From Candidatus Saccharimonadota bacterium (GTDB lineage Bacteria; Patescibacteriota; Saccharimonadia; Saccharimonadales; UBA4665): a stretch of 64,000 nt of DNA. The stretch spans positions 3,204 through 67,203 of the forward strand of contig DAIQON010000004.1 of assembly GCA_036787835.1 (NCBI GenBank). Direction: 5' to 3'. Below the pieces are notes generated by a model, which was not told where the DNA came from, searched no databases, and saw only the letters and a program-made list of their open reading frames with translations. Numbering within the stretch: the stretch's first letter is position 1; each line of letters starts with the position of its first letter. Of this stretch, positions 9,369-18,314 are shown piece after piece. Both the position numbers and the translations under genes were made by a program.

Positions 9369-10049
9369 TTAGCTGTCGTAACCAGGGAAGAAGTCTTGGA
9401 CTAAGGCAGAGCTATCTAGGCCCATATCAAGCAACTGCTTCCCGATAGTTTCGACCATTCCTTCTGGCCCGGCAATATAAATAAGCTGGTCTTTATTCTT
9501 TTTAAACTCGGAAAATATTAGCTCTGAACTAAGCTTCACACTATCTTGATTAGATGAAATGACTCTTAAACTTGTAATTCTATCTTCATAAGTCGATATA
9601 TCTACTGCGTCCTTAATATCATTCACGGTGTAGAGCAGGTCAATTTTGCGCTTCTGGCCAACAGCCTTTAGGTGTGACAGGATGCTTAGGTAAGGTGTAA
9701 CACCTATGCCTCCAGCTACGAAAAGAATAGGAGTTTGTTTATCTATTGGTAGTACAAAGTCACCCATAGGTTCTGAGACTGTAATCTTGTCACCTGATTT
9801 GAGTGCTACCAAGGTTTTTTTAAAGCGACTAGCTTCGTCGATTATCTTTGTAGTAATACTAAAGGTTCCCTCTTCAGGTGGGCTGGACACCGTAAACCAA
9901 CGATTACTGCCTCGATCATCAACGTTATCTACCTTAAGAGTTAGTTCTACGAACTGCCCAGCAGTAATATTTAATCTATGCTCGGGCTGAAAAGTAAAAC
10001 GATAGGTATTTCGTGCTACAAGTTGCTTTTTTATAAACCTCGCGTACAT
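9369..10049 (-). CDS. FNR-like FAD/NAD(P)-binding oxidoreductase
   Basis: 226 aa with RWFTVSS (FAD RxYS-type motif) and GGIGVTP nucleotide-binding motif. No fused ferredoxin domain. Confidence 0.7.
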   Translation of the reverse strand: MYARFIKKQLVARNTYRFTFQPEHRLNITAGQFVELTLKVDNVDDRGSNRWFTVSSPPEEGTFSITTKIIDEASRFKKTLVALKSGDKITVSEPMGDFVLPIDKQTPILFVAGGIGVTPYLSILSHLKAVGQKRKIDLLYTVNDIKDAVDISTYEDRITSLRVISSNQDSVKLSSELIFSEFKKNKDQLIYIAGPEGMVETIGKQLLDMGLDSSALVQDFFPGYDS

Positions 10050-10340
10050 CTACCCTATTCTATTAACAAATGGATAAATATAAAAGCCCTAAACCAGAAG
10101 TGTCGGGTCGGCAAGAAGTAAGACCAAGAATATAGATATTTTGAGCCTCCTATTAGGAAGGAACGTGCTCAGCTCTGCCCAATAAGTAGGGGTCCAGTAG
10201 GGACTAAGAAGATAATCAAGACTCTAATAACCGATAGTTATTTCGATAAAGACCCTTACGATATCTATAATTAGTCTATTAAATCATCGAGCTAAAACGG
10301 CCTATAGTATAATTAGGTAAATAACAAATAAGGAGCATCG

Positions 10341-10868
10341 ATGCCTGACTATAATAAAAATCTTGAACCTGGCGACTATAACAACGGCACCATCAACACT
10401 GTAATCGAAATACCGATGGGCAGTATGCTTAAAATTGAATGGGATCGACAGAGGTCAGCCTTTGCTCTTGACCGCGTAGAGCCAAAGATCTATGCCAAGC
10501 CTGTTAACTACGGCTTTATACCAGGAACAATTGATGAGGATGGTGACGAGCTAGATACTCTTGTTGTTACTGAAGAACCATTACCAACTGGGATATGGCT
10601 AGAAGCCAAGATTGTTGGCATTATGAACTTCGAAGACGGCGGCGAAATGGACTATAAAATTGTCTGTGTGCCCGCCGATGACCGTAATACTGGTGACTCT
10701 ATCAACTCGTTAGATGATCTAGGCGAACGTTGGAAGCAGCAAATTACCGAACACTTTAATCATTACAAAGACCTTAAAAAGCCTGGCACTACCATCGTTC
10801 ATGGCTGGGGTAATGTTGATGATGCAAAGAAAATAATTGCTGAGTGTATCGAACGTCACAAAACTTAA
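10341..10868 (+). CDS. ppa: inorganic diphosphatase (family I)
   Basis: 175 aa. YGFIPGT.DEDGDELD and the overall length are typical. AAGGAG lies 6 nt upstream. Confidence 0.95.
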   Translation: MPDYNKNLEPGDYNNGTINTVIEIPMGSMLKIEWDRQRSAFALDRVEPKIYAKPVNYGFIPGTIDEDGDELDTLVVTEEPLPTGIWLEAKIVGIMNFEDGGEMDYKIVCVPADDRNTGDSINSLDDLGERWKQQITEHFNHYKDLKKPGTTIVHGWGNVDDAKKIIAECIERHKT

Positions 10869-10872
10869 GCAT

Positions 10873-10899
10873 TTAACTAAAGCTAGTGTATTTAGTTAA
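10873..10899. repeat. 9-N9-9 inverted repeat TTAACTAAA-N9-TTTAGTTAA between ppa and gap
   Basis: Perfect 9-bp arms. AT-rich with no U-tract, so it is a poor terminator and may be an operator. Confidence 0.3.
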
Positions 10900-10992
10900 C
10901 TGGGCCAAATTGACTATGCCTTGCATATAGTTCGGATATAGACGTAGAATATAAACATAAACAATTTGAAACGAAAGATGGGGTGAAACAAA

Positions 10993-12036
10993 GTGAAGAC
11001 TAGGGTAGCAATTAATGGATTTGGACGAATTGGTAGGAACGCCTTTAAAATTGCTTTCGCAAGAAGCGATATTGAAATAATCGCAATTAATGACTTAACA
11101 GATACCAAGACTTTGGCTTATCTTCTAAAGCACGACTCAAACTATGGGACTTATGATAAAGATGTGTCGTTTGATGACGACAATATAATTGTTGATGGCA
11201 AGCACATTAAGGTACTGGCTGAGCGTGAACCAACAGCGCTGCCATGGAAAGACCTAAATATTGACGTAGTTATTGAAAGTACTGGTTTCTTTGTCGAGCC
11301 AGATAAAGCTCGGGCGCACACTGCTGCTGGAGCCAAGAAAGTAGTTATTAGCGCACCGGCTAAAGGCGAAAGTGCCGATAGTGCAGTCACCGTAGTACTT
11401 GGCGTAAATGACGATCAACTAGAAGGCGACCATGACATTATTAGTAATGCATCATGTACAACTAACTGTATTACACCAGTCGCTGGAGTGATTGAGGCTG
11501 CTTTTGGTATTGAAAAGCTGATGATGACTACTATTCATAGCTACACTGCATCACAGCACCTACAAGACGGTCCAGGCAAAAATCTTCGTGAAGACCGAGC
11601 CGGAGCTCAAAACCTTACACCAACCTCAACTGGTGCATCAATTGCTGCAGCTAAGGCCCTACCAGCTCTAGCTGGAATATTCGGCGGCTTTGAAGTCCGT
11701 GTACCTACCCCAGTAGTTAGTCTGGCTGATTTTGTTATCTTAACTAAGAAAGATGTAACACCAGAAGAAGTAAATGCCGCCTTCAAAAAAGCGGCAAAAG
11801 AGCCTTTTTACCAAGGTATCCTTGCTGTAAGTGAAGAAGAACTAGTCAGCACTGACTATATCGGCAACAGCCATTCTGCAACCGTCGACCTGGGCCTAAC
11901 CGCCGTCGTCGGTGGAAACATGCTAAAAGTCGTTGCTTGGTATGACAATGAATGGGGTTACAGCAACCGACTAGTTGAGGTTGTAGCCGACAGCGGACGA
12001 ATATTGCACCGTTCAAGCGAACATAAGCACGACTAA
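10993..12036 (+). CDS. gap: type I glyceraldehyde-3-phosphate dehydrogenase
   Basis: INGFGRIGR and active-site SNASCTTNC motifs. GTG start preceded by GGGGTG. Confidence 0.95.
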   Translation: MKTRVAINGFGRIGRNAFKIAFARSDIEIIAINDLTDTKTLAYLLKHDSNYGTYDKDVSFDDDNIIVDGKHIKVLAEREPTALPWKDLNIDVVIESTGFFVEPDKARAHTAAGAKKVVISAPAKGESADSAVTVVLGVNDDQLEGDHDIISNASCTTNCITPVAGVIEAAFGIEKLMMTTIHSYTASQHLQDGPGKNLREDRAGAQNLTPTSTGASIAAAKALPALAGIFGGFEVRVPTPVVSLADFVILTKKDVTPEEVNAAFKKAAKEPFYQGILAVSEEELVSTDYIGNSHSATVDLGLTAVVGGNMLKVVAWYDNEWGYSNRLVEVVADSGRILHRSSEHKHD

Positions 12037-12047
12037 GAGATAAGCAA

Positions 12048-12497
12048 ATGAAAATCTTTATTGGGTCGGACCACAATGGCTTCAAGTATAAGAAGCAGAT
12101 TATAGACTATCTAAGATCTTTAAAATACGAAGTTGTTGATGTCGGTGATAAAGTACTTGATCCAGAAGACGATTTTCCTAAGTTTGCTTCTGAAGTAGTC
12201 GACCTACTTCTCAGCAGCAACGACAAGACAGACAAGGCAATACTAGTCTGCGGTAGCGGTCAAGGCATGTGTATGGCGGCTAATAGATTTAAGGGAATAC
12301 GAGCTAGTCTTTGCTGGAATGTAACAGAGGCATTTGATTCTCGAAATGATGACGATAGCAATGTCCTCTGTCTCAGCGCTCATCAGTTAAACTTTGAGGA
12401 AATTAAGGCCATAACAAGCAGTTATCTTAATACCCCGTTTGCCGCTGCTCCACGTTATATTAGACGGATTAAACAGCTTGATCAGCTAGGTGGCTAA
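12048..12497 (+). CDS. rpiB: ribose-5-phosphate isomerase B
   Basis: 149 aa with the RpiB/LacAB signature VCGSGQGMCMAANRFKGIRA. Confidence 0.9.
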   Translation: MKIFIGSDHNGFKYKKQIIDYLRSLKYEVVDVGDKVLDPEDDFPKFASEVVDLLLSSNDKTDKAILVCGSGQGMCMAANRFKGIRASLCWNVTEAFDSRNDDDSNVLCLSAHQLNFEEIKAITSSYLNTPFAAAPRYIRRIKQLDQLGG

Positions 12498-13146
12498 GAC
12501 AATGGCATATAAAGTAGTTCCGACGATTACCGCTAAGGACGAGGTAGACTATCGGCGTCAAATCGATAATGTTCGTAATTATGCTGAGGCGCTACACATT
12601 GATCTGATGGATGGTAAATTTGCCCCCAGTATATCTCCACCCTTAGAACACACTTGGTGGCCACACGAGCTAAAGGCATATATCCACTTAATGTTTGAAA
12701 ATCCGATGGACTATCTAGATCAGCTGATTAGATTAAAGCCGCACATGGTAATTATCCATAACGAGGTAACGGTTCATCATATGCACTTTGCGGCTGAGCT
12801 TCATAAACACGGCATTGAGGCGGGACTGGCTATTTTACAAGAGACACCAATTGAATGGGCCTATCAGATAATGCATTCATTTGATCAGATGTTAGTTTTC
12901 TCCGGTAAACTTGGCTACCACGGAGGGACGGCAGACCTGGGGCTGCTCGATAAGGTCAAAAAGATTAAACAACATCATCCTGAGGCTGAAATAGCTTGGG
13001 ACGGCGGAATTAATGATCAGAATGCCTTAGCCTTAGTTGAAGGCGGAGTAAATGTTCTAAACGTAGGTGGCTATATTCAAGATAGCTCCGAGCCTAAAGC
13101 TGCTTATGATAAAATAGAAATGGAACTAAAAAATAAAAATGCCTAA
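12490..13146 (+). CDS. rpe: ribulose-phosphate 3-epimerase
   Basis: HIDLMDGKFAP motif and TIM-barrel length. The ORF-track start is GTG 12490; the in-frame ATG at 12502, preceded by AGGTGG, is probably the real start. Confidence 0.85.
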   Translation: MAKTMAYKVVPTITAKDEVDYRRQIDNVRNYAEALHIDLMDGKFAPSISPPLEHTWWPHELKAYIHLMFENPMDYLDQLIRLKPHMVIIHNEVTVHHMHFAAELHKHGIEAGLAILQETPIEWAYQIMHSFDQMLVFSGKLGYHGGTADLGLLDKVKKIKQHHPEAEIAWDGGINDQNALALVEGGVNVLNVGGYIQDSSEPKAAYDKIEMELKNKNA

Positions 13147-13993
13147 TTACTCTATAGAACAACTAGAAACAATCGCTAATGACATCCGAGAAGATATCAT
13201 TAATATGCTGGTGGCTGCAGGTAGTGGCCATGGTGCCGGACCGCTTGGTCTAGCCGATATCTTTACTGCTCTCTATTTTGAAGTTATGAAACACGACCCC
13301 AAAAAACCAGATTGGGACGAAAGAGACATCTTACTACTTAGCAATGGTCACTGCGTGCCGGTACGTTATGCGACCATGGCCCATGCTGGCTATTTACCTG
13401 TCAGTGAACTCAAAACGCTTCGTAAATTCGGTAGCCGCCTCCAAGGTCATCCAGAGCGTAGTCGCTTACCTGGACTTGAGAACACCTCAGGCCCACTTGG
13501 CTGCGGTCTATCTCAGGCAGCCGGGATGGCATTGGCCCTTAATATGAACAACCAAAACCACCGCTGGGTCTACGTAGTGATGGGAGACGGTGAAATTAAC
13601 GAAGGCAATATCTGGGAAGGGGCAATGCTGGCGGCCAAGTACAAGTTGAGTAACATTACGGCAATACTTGACCGAAATAACATCCAGATTGATGGCCCGA
13701 CTGAGTACGTTATGCCTCTTGAGGACCTGCGCGGTAAATGGGAATCATTCGGCTGGCATGTAATTGAGATTGATGGCAACAACATTGAAGCAGTAATAGA
13801 CGCCACAGCAATGGCTAAAGCAATAACTGAAAAACCAGTTATTATAATCGCTCATACAATCCCAGGCAAAGGTGTCGACTTTATGGAATTTGATTACCAC
13901 TGGCACAGCGGTGCGCCGAACCATGAGCAAGCAATTAAAGCTCTAAAAGAACTTAGAACCCTGGGCGGACGTATCAGGAGCGAACATGAGTAG
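13139..13993 (+). CDS. tkt: transketolase, N-terminal (PP-domain) subunit
   Basis: 284 aa with GSGHGAGPLGLADIFTALYF and GDGEINEGNIWE thiamine-diphosphate motifs. Split-gene form. Confidence 0.9.
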   Translation: MPNYSIEQLETIANDIREDIINMLVAAGSGHGAGPLGLADIFTALYFEVMKHDPKKPDWDERDILLLSNGHCVPVRYATMAHAGYLPVSELKTLRKFGSRLQGHPERSRLPGLENTSGPLGCGLSQAAGMALALNMNNQNHRWVYVVMGDGEINEGNIWEGAMLAAKYKLSNITAILDRNNIQIDGPTEYVMPLEDLRGKWESFGWHVIEIDGNNIEAVIDATAMAKAITEKPVIIIAHTIPGKGVDFMEFDYHWHSGAPNHEQAIKALKELRTLGGRIRSEHE

Positions 13994-14270
13994 ATATAAA
14001 CGTCCTTCATTCAAGGTTCTGTCGTTAACTTGGCTAGTAGCCTTGCTTAGTACTCTTATGGTTGCTATCTCCAGTTATGCTGTCTGGCAAGATGTCATAA
14101 GTTTTCGTTCATGCAACGTGAACAGTAGTGATCTAGGTGTTTCGACTTGTGGCAAAGCCTCAATTAACCCAGGTGACGGACTACTTATCTTCCTATTTAT
14201 CTGCTCAGTTCTACTTGTTCTGGCCTTATTTACCCATGCATTTAGATTAACCAGGAGACCAACTGCATGA
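13986..14270 (+). CDS. small two-helix membrane protein, unknown function (between tkt halves)
   Basis: 94-aa ORF with its own AGGAG (13976-13980). The ATG overlaps the tkt-N end, and its TGA overlaps the tkt-C ATG (ATGA). It has two hydrophobic segments around a Cys-containing loop. Confidence 0.55.
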   Translation: MSRYKRPSFKVLSLTWLVALLSTLMVAISSYAVWQDVISFRSCNVNSSDLGVSTCGKASINPGDGLLIFLFICSVLLVLALFTHAFRLTRRPTA

Positions 14271-15238
14271 GTAATATGCACTTAGCAGATTATCTAAATA
14301 AGCCGGAAATGTCCCCAAACCGTAAAGGCTTTGGCGAAGGCCTACTTGAAGCCGGTAAACTAGACGAAAACGTCGTAGCTGCTTGTGCCGACTTAACAGA
14401 ATCAACTCAGATGTATCTATTTAGAGATGAATTTCCTGATCGATTTATTGAAATTGGTGTAGCCGAACAAAACCTAGTCACCGTCGCCAGTGGTATGTCA
14501 GCAATAGGAAAAATACCTTTTGTTTCAAGTTATGCCGCCTTCAGCCCAGGTCGAAACTGGGAACAAATCCGGACTACAATTTGTCTTAATGATCGCCCAG
14601 TCAAAGTAATAGGTTCACACGCTGGTGTTAGTGTTGGTCCAGACGGTGCGACCCACCAAATGCTAGAAGATATTGCCTTAATGCGGGCATTGCCTAATAT
14701 GGTCGTTATTGCGCCTTGTGATGCAGTTGAAGCCAAGAAGGCGACTCTGGCTATGGCTAAAGACCCAAGACCTAACTATATGAGGCTTGCAAGAGAAGCA
14801 GTCGCCACCATAACGACACCTGATACACCTTTCGTTATTGGTAAGGCCTACAAGTTTGCTGAAGGTGACGACGTGAGCATTATTTCTACTGGAACAATGA
14901 CCTACCAGGCCTTACTAGCAGTAGAGATGCTTAAAAAAGATGGCATCTCAGCAGAGGTAATACACGTACCGACCATCAAACCACTAGACGAATACGAGAT
15001 TCTTGCTAGCGTAGCTAAGACTAAAGCCGTTGTAACGGTCGAAGAGGGGCAAATTATTGGTGGACTAGGTGGCGCTATTAGCGAACTGCTCGGTGAAAAC
15101 CTGCCAGTTCCAATTAAGCGAGTTGGGATCAACGATCACTTTGGTGAATCTGGCGAGCCGAATGAGCTTTTGGCCCATTTCGGCTTAGATGCTAAGCACG
15201 TTAGACTCGCAGTACATCATGTGCTAAATAAAAAATGA
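14267..15238 (+). CDS. tkt: transketolase, C-terminal (Pyr/C-domain) subunit
   Basis: 323 aa with FIEIGVAEQN and GPDGATHQ motifs. AGGAG lies 9 nt upstream. Confidence 0.9.
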   Translation: MSNMHLADYLNKPEMSPNRKGFGEGLLEAGKLDENVVAACADLTESTQMYLFRDEFPDRFIEIGVAEQNLVTVASGMSAIGKIPFVSSYAAFSPGRNWEQIRTTICLNDRPVKVIGSHAGVSVGPDGATHQMLEDIALMRALPNMVVIAPCDAVEAKKATLAMAKDPRPNYMRLAREAVATITTPDTPFVIGKAYKFAEGDDVSIISTGTMTYQALLAVEMLKKDGISAEVIHVPTIKPLDEYEILASVAKTKAVVTVEEGQIIGGLGGAISELLGENLPVPIKRVGINDHFGESGEPNELLAHFGLDAKHVRLAVHHVLNKK

Positions 15239-16122
15239 CTTGGCAAGTAATAATGCTTTTTCAGAACTTGTTTGCAGCACTATTTGCTGTAAATTCAAGA
15301 TCACTCGCACTTAAGTTCAAAAATGCCACATTACCCCTAAATTTGTCTATTTTCTTTGCGTTTTCTATGAGTGCAATTTTGTATGACAAATACCTTGGAT
15401 TTAATACTGTTAACATACAACTTTTTGACAAATACCTTGGACTATTTATTTTAGCTGGGGCTTGTTTTGCAGTAACAAATATTCTGAGTTACATTGTCTT
15501 TGAATATGTCGATGCAGCAGTAGCTAGCCTGTTTTCTACACTAAATATAATTGCCTCAGTAGTTCTTTCAACTCTAATAATTCATGAAGGTTTAAGCCTA
15601 ACTCAAATTATTGGCGCTGCAATTCTAATATTCTCAATTCAGCTTATAGTCTCAATTAATGTAAGCCGCAAAAAACATAAGCAGATTGGGAAAGCGATAA
15701 TTCTATCTATTCTCGCGGCAGCATTTTTTTCTACAGCTACGGTAACTGAAAAGTATCTATTAGGTAAGGTTAACCTGCCCACTTATTTAACGTTTGGTTG
15801 GGGATTCCAGTTTTTGGGTGTAATTACTATTGCCATATTGTTTTCAAGAAGAATAAATGCTAATTTTGGTCTGTTCAAAAATATGTTATTTTGGAAACTA
15901 GCGCTTCCAGCGGTTTTACTAAGAGTTCTAGGTGGGCTTCTGTATATTCTTTCCTTAAGAATATCGAACAATCTATCACTCATATCCGTTGTATCAGGTC
16001 TAAAAATAATACTAGCAGCACTGTTAGCAGCTGTAATTTTAAAAGAAAAAGACTTTTTAAAACGAAAACTAGAAGCGGCGTTCACGTCCTCTATTGGAAT
16101 TGCTTTAATATTCTGGAAATGA
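15235..16122 (+). CDS. DMT/EamA-family transporter
   Basis: 295 aa and about 10 hydrophobic segments with two-fold EamA-like architecture. The ATG overlaps the tkt-C TGA (ATGA). Confidence 0.75.
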   Translation: MTWQVIMLFQNLFAALFAVNSRSLALKFKNATLPLNLSIFFAFSMSAILYDKYLGFNTVNIQLFDKYLGLFILAGACFAVTNILSYIVFEYVDAAVASLFSTLNIIASVVLSTLIIHEGLSLTQIIGAAILIFSIQLIVSINVSRKKHKQIGKAIILSILAAAFFSTATVTEKYLLGKVNLPTYLTFGWGFQFLGVITIAILFSRRINANFGLFKNMLFWKLALPAVLLRVLGGLLYILSLRISNNLSLISVVSGLKIILAALLAAVILKEKDFLKRKLEAAFTSSIGIALIFWK

Positions 16123-16159
16123 TTTGCAAGCATAAGTATTATTCTATAAAGTTAACGCT

Positions 16160-17074
16160 ATGCCGTTAACACTACCTGAAATACGACGTAACTGCCAAAA
16201 AGCTAGGCAACGAATGGCACAAGCCAAACAAGAACACTGGGCTTTTGGTGCTTTTAACCTAGACGATGAGGCAACTCTTAAGGCAGTATGTATGGCCGCT
16301 GCCAAGCATAATGCACCAGTGCTAGTTGAGGTAAGCCAGGGCGAAGTTGATGATATTGGCCTAGATAACGTTCGTGACCTTGTAGATAACTTCAAGTACA
16401 CCTATAGCGTCGAGATCTATGTCAATCTTGACCATAGCCCTAGTGTTGAAGCTGCCAAGATGGGTATTGAAGCTGGCTTTGAGTTTATCCATATAGATGT
16501 ATCCCAAGCTAATCATGATGCCACTGACGGCGAAATCGTTGATGCAACTAAACAGATTGTTGACTATGCCAGACTGACTGGCGCACTCGTCGAAAGTGAA
16601 CCGCATTACTTTGGCGGTGGCTCCAACGTCTTTAAAGAAAATATCGATTATGATGAAGTTAGAAAGACCTTCTCCACACCAGAAGGTGCTAGTCAGTTTG
16701 TATCAGCCACCGGAATTGATACTTTTGCCGCTGCCATCGGTAACCTGCACGGTAAATACCCAGTACCTAAAGTACTCGATCTTGAACTATTGAAGCGAAT
16801 ACGCGATGCAATTGATTGCAACATCTCACTTCACGGTGGTAGCGATACGCCAGGTCACTATTTCAGAGAGGCAGTTAAGATTGGGGTGACTAAAATCAAT
16901 ATTAATTCAGACATGCGCTTTGCCTATAGGACAGCCCTAGAACAGATACTTAAAGAGTCGCCTGATGAATACTCGGTCGCTAAATTAATAAGCAAAAAGG
17001 TCATACCGGCAGTTGCAGAAGTGGTTGAATCGAAACTAGCCGACTTTAACTCAATAGGTAAGGCTGTAGTCTAG
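16160..17074 (+). CDS. fba: class II fructose-bisphosphate aldolase family protein
   Basis: 304 aa with NLDHS, HIDVS and LHGGSD metal/substrate motifs of class II FBA/tagatose-bisphosphate aldolases. Confidence 0.85.
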   Translation: MPLTLPEIRRNCQKARQRMAQAKQEHWAFGAFNLDDEATLKAVCMAAAKHNAPVLVEVSQGEVDDIGLDNVRDLVDNFKYTYSVEIYVNLDHSPSVEAAKMGIEAGFEFIHIDVSQANHDATDGEIVDATKQIVDYARLTGALVESEPHYFGGGSNVFKENIDYDEVRKTFSTPEGASQFVSATGIDTFAAAIGNLHGKYPVPKVLDLELLKRIRDAIDCNISLHGGSDTPGHYFREAVKIGVTKININSDMRFAYRTALEQILKESPDEYSVAKLISKKVIPAVAEVVESKLADFNSIGKAVV

Positions 17075-17151
17075 CGTACGACGCTAGCTGTTTTATATGG
17101 TCCGTGATAAACTTCTAAAATATAAGCATTAACATTTTACTTTAGAGAGAG

Positions 17152-18168
17152 GTGGGAACAGTCGTGGCAGAAGCTCCTGATGTTGTTAGTATAGGTGACA
17201 TAGTTACCGACGCATTTATCAAATTAATAGATGACCAGGCAAAAATTATACCCGAGGGAGACAATAAGCTTCTAGCAATGAATTTTGGCACAAAGTTGCC
17301 TTATGATCACGTTGAAATAATCGAAGCCGTAGGAAACGCTGCAAATGCGGCTGTTGCTTTCGCTAGATTGGGCCTGAATAGTGCTTTTGTCACTAATGTT
17401 GGTGGCGATACTCACGGCCGAGATATGATCGCGGCATTACATAAAAATGATGTCGATACTCGCTTCGTTAGAATTAATCATGACAAAAAGAGCAACTACC
17501 ACTACGTTCTTTGGTATAAAGAGGAACGAACAATCTTAATTAAGCATGAAGAATATGACTACCACTGGCCACATCTACGTCCGAATGAAACACCTAAGTG
17601 GCTTTATTTTAGCTCAATTAGTGAACACGCCATTGAATACCATGATCAAGTTAGTGACTGGCTAGACGAACATAAAGACGTCAAATTAGCCTTCCAACCA
17701 GGTACTTTTCAGATGGCCGCAGGCGTTCATCGCCTAAAGCGAATCTATGAGCGAAGCGAAGTATTGATTCTCAACCGTGAAGAAGCAGTATTAGTCGGTG
17801 GTGGTAAGCACGAGGACCTAAATGACTTATTCGAGCACTTACATAAACTAGGGCCTAAGATTGTCGTTATAACAGATGGTCCAAACGGCGCTTATGCCAG
17901 TGATGGCGTTAATCAATGGCAAATGCCACTTTACCCGGATCCAGCACCTCCAACAGATAGAACCGGGGCAGGTGATTCATTCGCATCAACTTTTGTTGCA
18001 GCAATTATTAAGGGTGCAGATATAGAGAGTGCCTTGCTTTGGGCGCCAATTAACTCAATGAGCGTTGTTCAAAGAGTCGGTGCTCAATCCGGCCTATTAA
18101 GTGACTTCCAGCTCCAAGCATACCTAAGGCATGCTCCCGACTGGTACCATCCAAAAAAGATTAAATAA
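17152..18168 (+). CDS. PfkB-family carbohydrate kinase
   Basis: 338 aa with C-terminal DRTGAGDSFASTF (PfkB signature 2). GTG start. Substrate unknown. Confidence 0.8.
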   Translation: MGTVVAEAPDVVSIGDIVTDAFIKLIDDQAKIIPEGDNKLLAMNFGTKLPYDHVEIIEAVGNAANAAVAFARLGLNSAFVTNVGGDTHGRDMIAALHKNDVDTRFVRINHDKKSNYHYVLWYKEERTILIKHEEYDYHWPHLRPNETPKWLYFSSISEHAIEYHDQVSDWLDEHKDVKLAFQPGTFQMAAGVHRLKRIYERSEVLILNREEAVLVGGGKHEDLNDLFEHLHKLGPKIVVITDGPNGAYASDGVNQWQMPLYPDPAPPTDRTGAGDSFASTFVAAIIKGADIESALLWAPINSMSVVQRVGAQSGLLSDFQLQAYLRHAPDWYHPKKIK

Positions 18169-18314
18169 AAATTTCCATAAGGACTAACTTCTTCAAAGAA
18201 CTAGGCGCTTATGTTAAGCTTAAGTTAGATTTTAAGGGTAAGTCTATTTAAGTGCAAAATATGCTAAAACAAAGACCTAGCTTACGCCGAATAGGGCAGT
18301 TATAAAGGGTAATT

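Noticed and set aside
8924-9990. ORFs antisense to trxB (8924-9313, minus strand) and to the FNR-like gene (9706-9990, plus strand).
   Set aside because: Each lies fully within a well-supported gene on the other strand and is compositionally a mirror-frame artefact.
10141-10200. GGAAGGAACGTGC resembling the SRP RNA domain IV core (GGAAGGAAGCAGC).
   Set aside because: I could not build the flanking helix 8 pairing or the closing helices by hand on either strand, so there is no supported SRP RNA call.
13344-13930. Alternative-frame and antisense ORFs within the transketolase N-subunit gene (13344-13547 +, 13570-13806 -, 13745-13930 -).
   Set aside because: The tkt-N frame carries all the conserved ThDP motifs, so these are chance open frames.
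15783-16401. Overlapping ORFs 15783-16133 (-), 15891-16169 (+) and 16144-16401 (-) around the DMT/fba junction.
   Set aside because: The DMT and fba reading frames explain the region. The alternatives lack start signals and have implausible composition.
18261-18305. 14-codon mini-ORF (MLKQRPSLRRIGQL) just upstream of ORF 18315; also a 21-codon ORF at 10071-10136.
   Set aside because: No SD, no conservation evidence is available, and the length is within chance expectation for AT-rich spacers.
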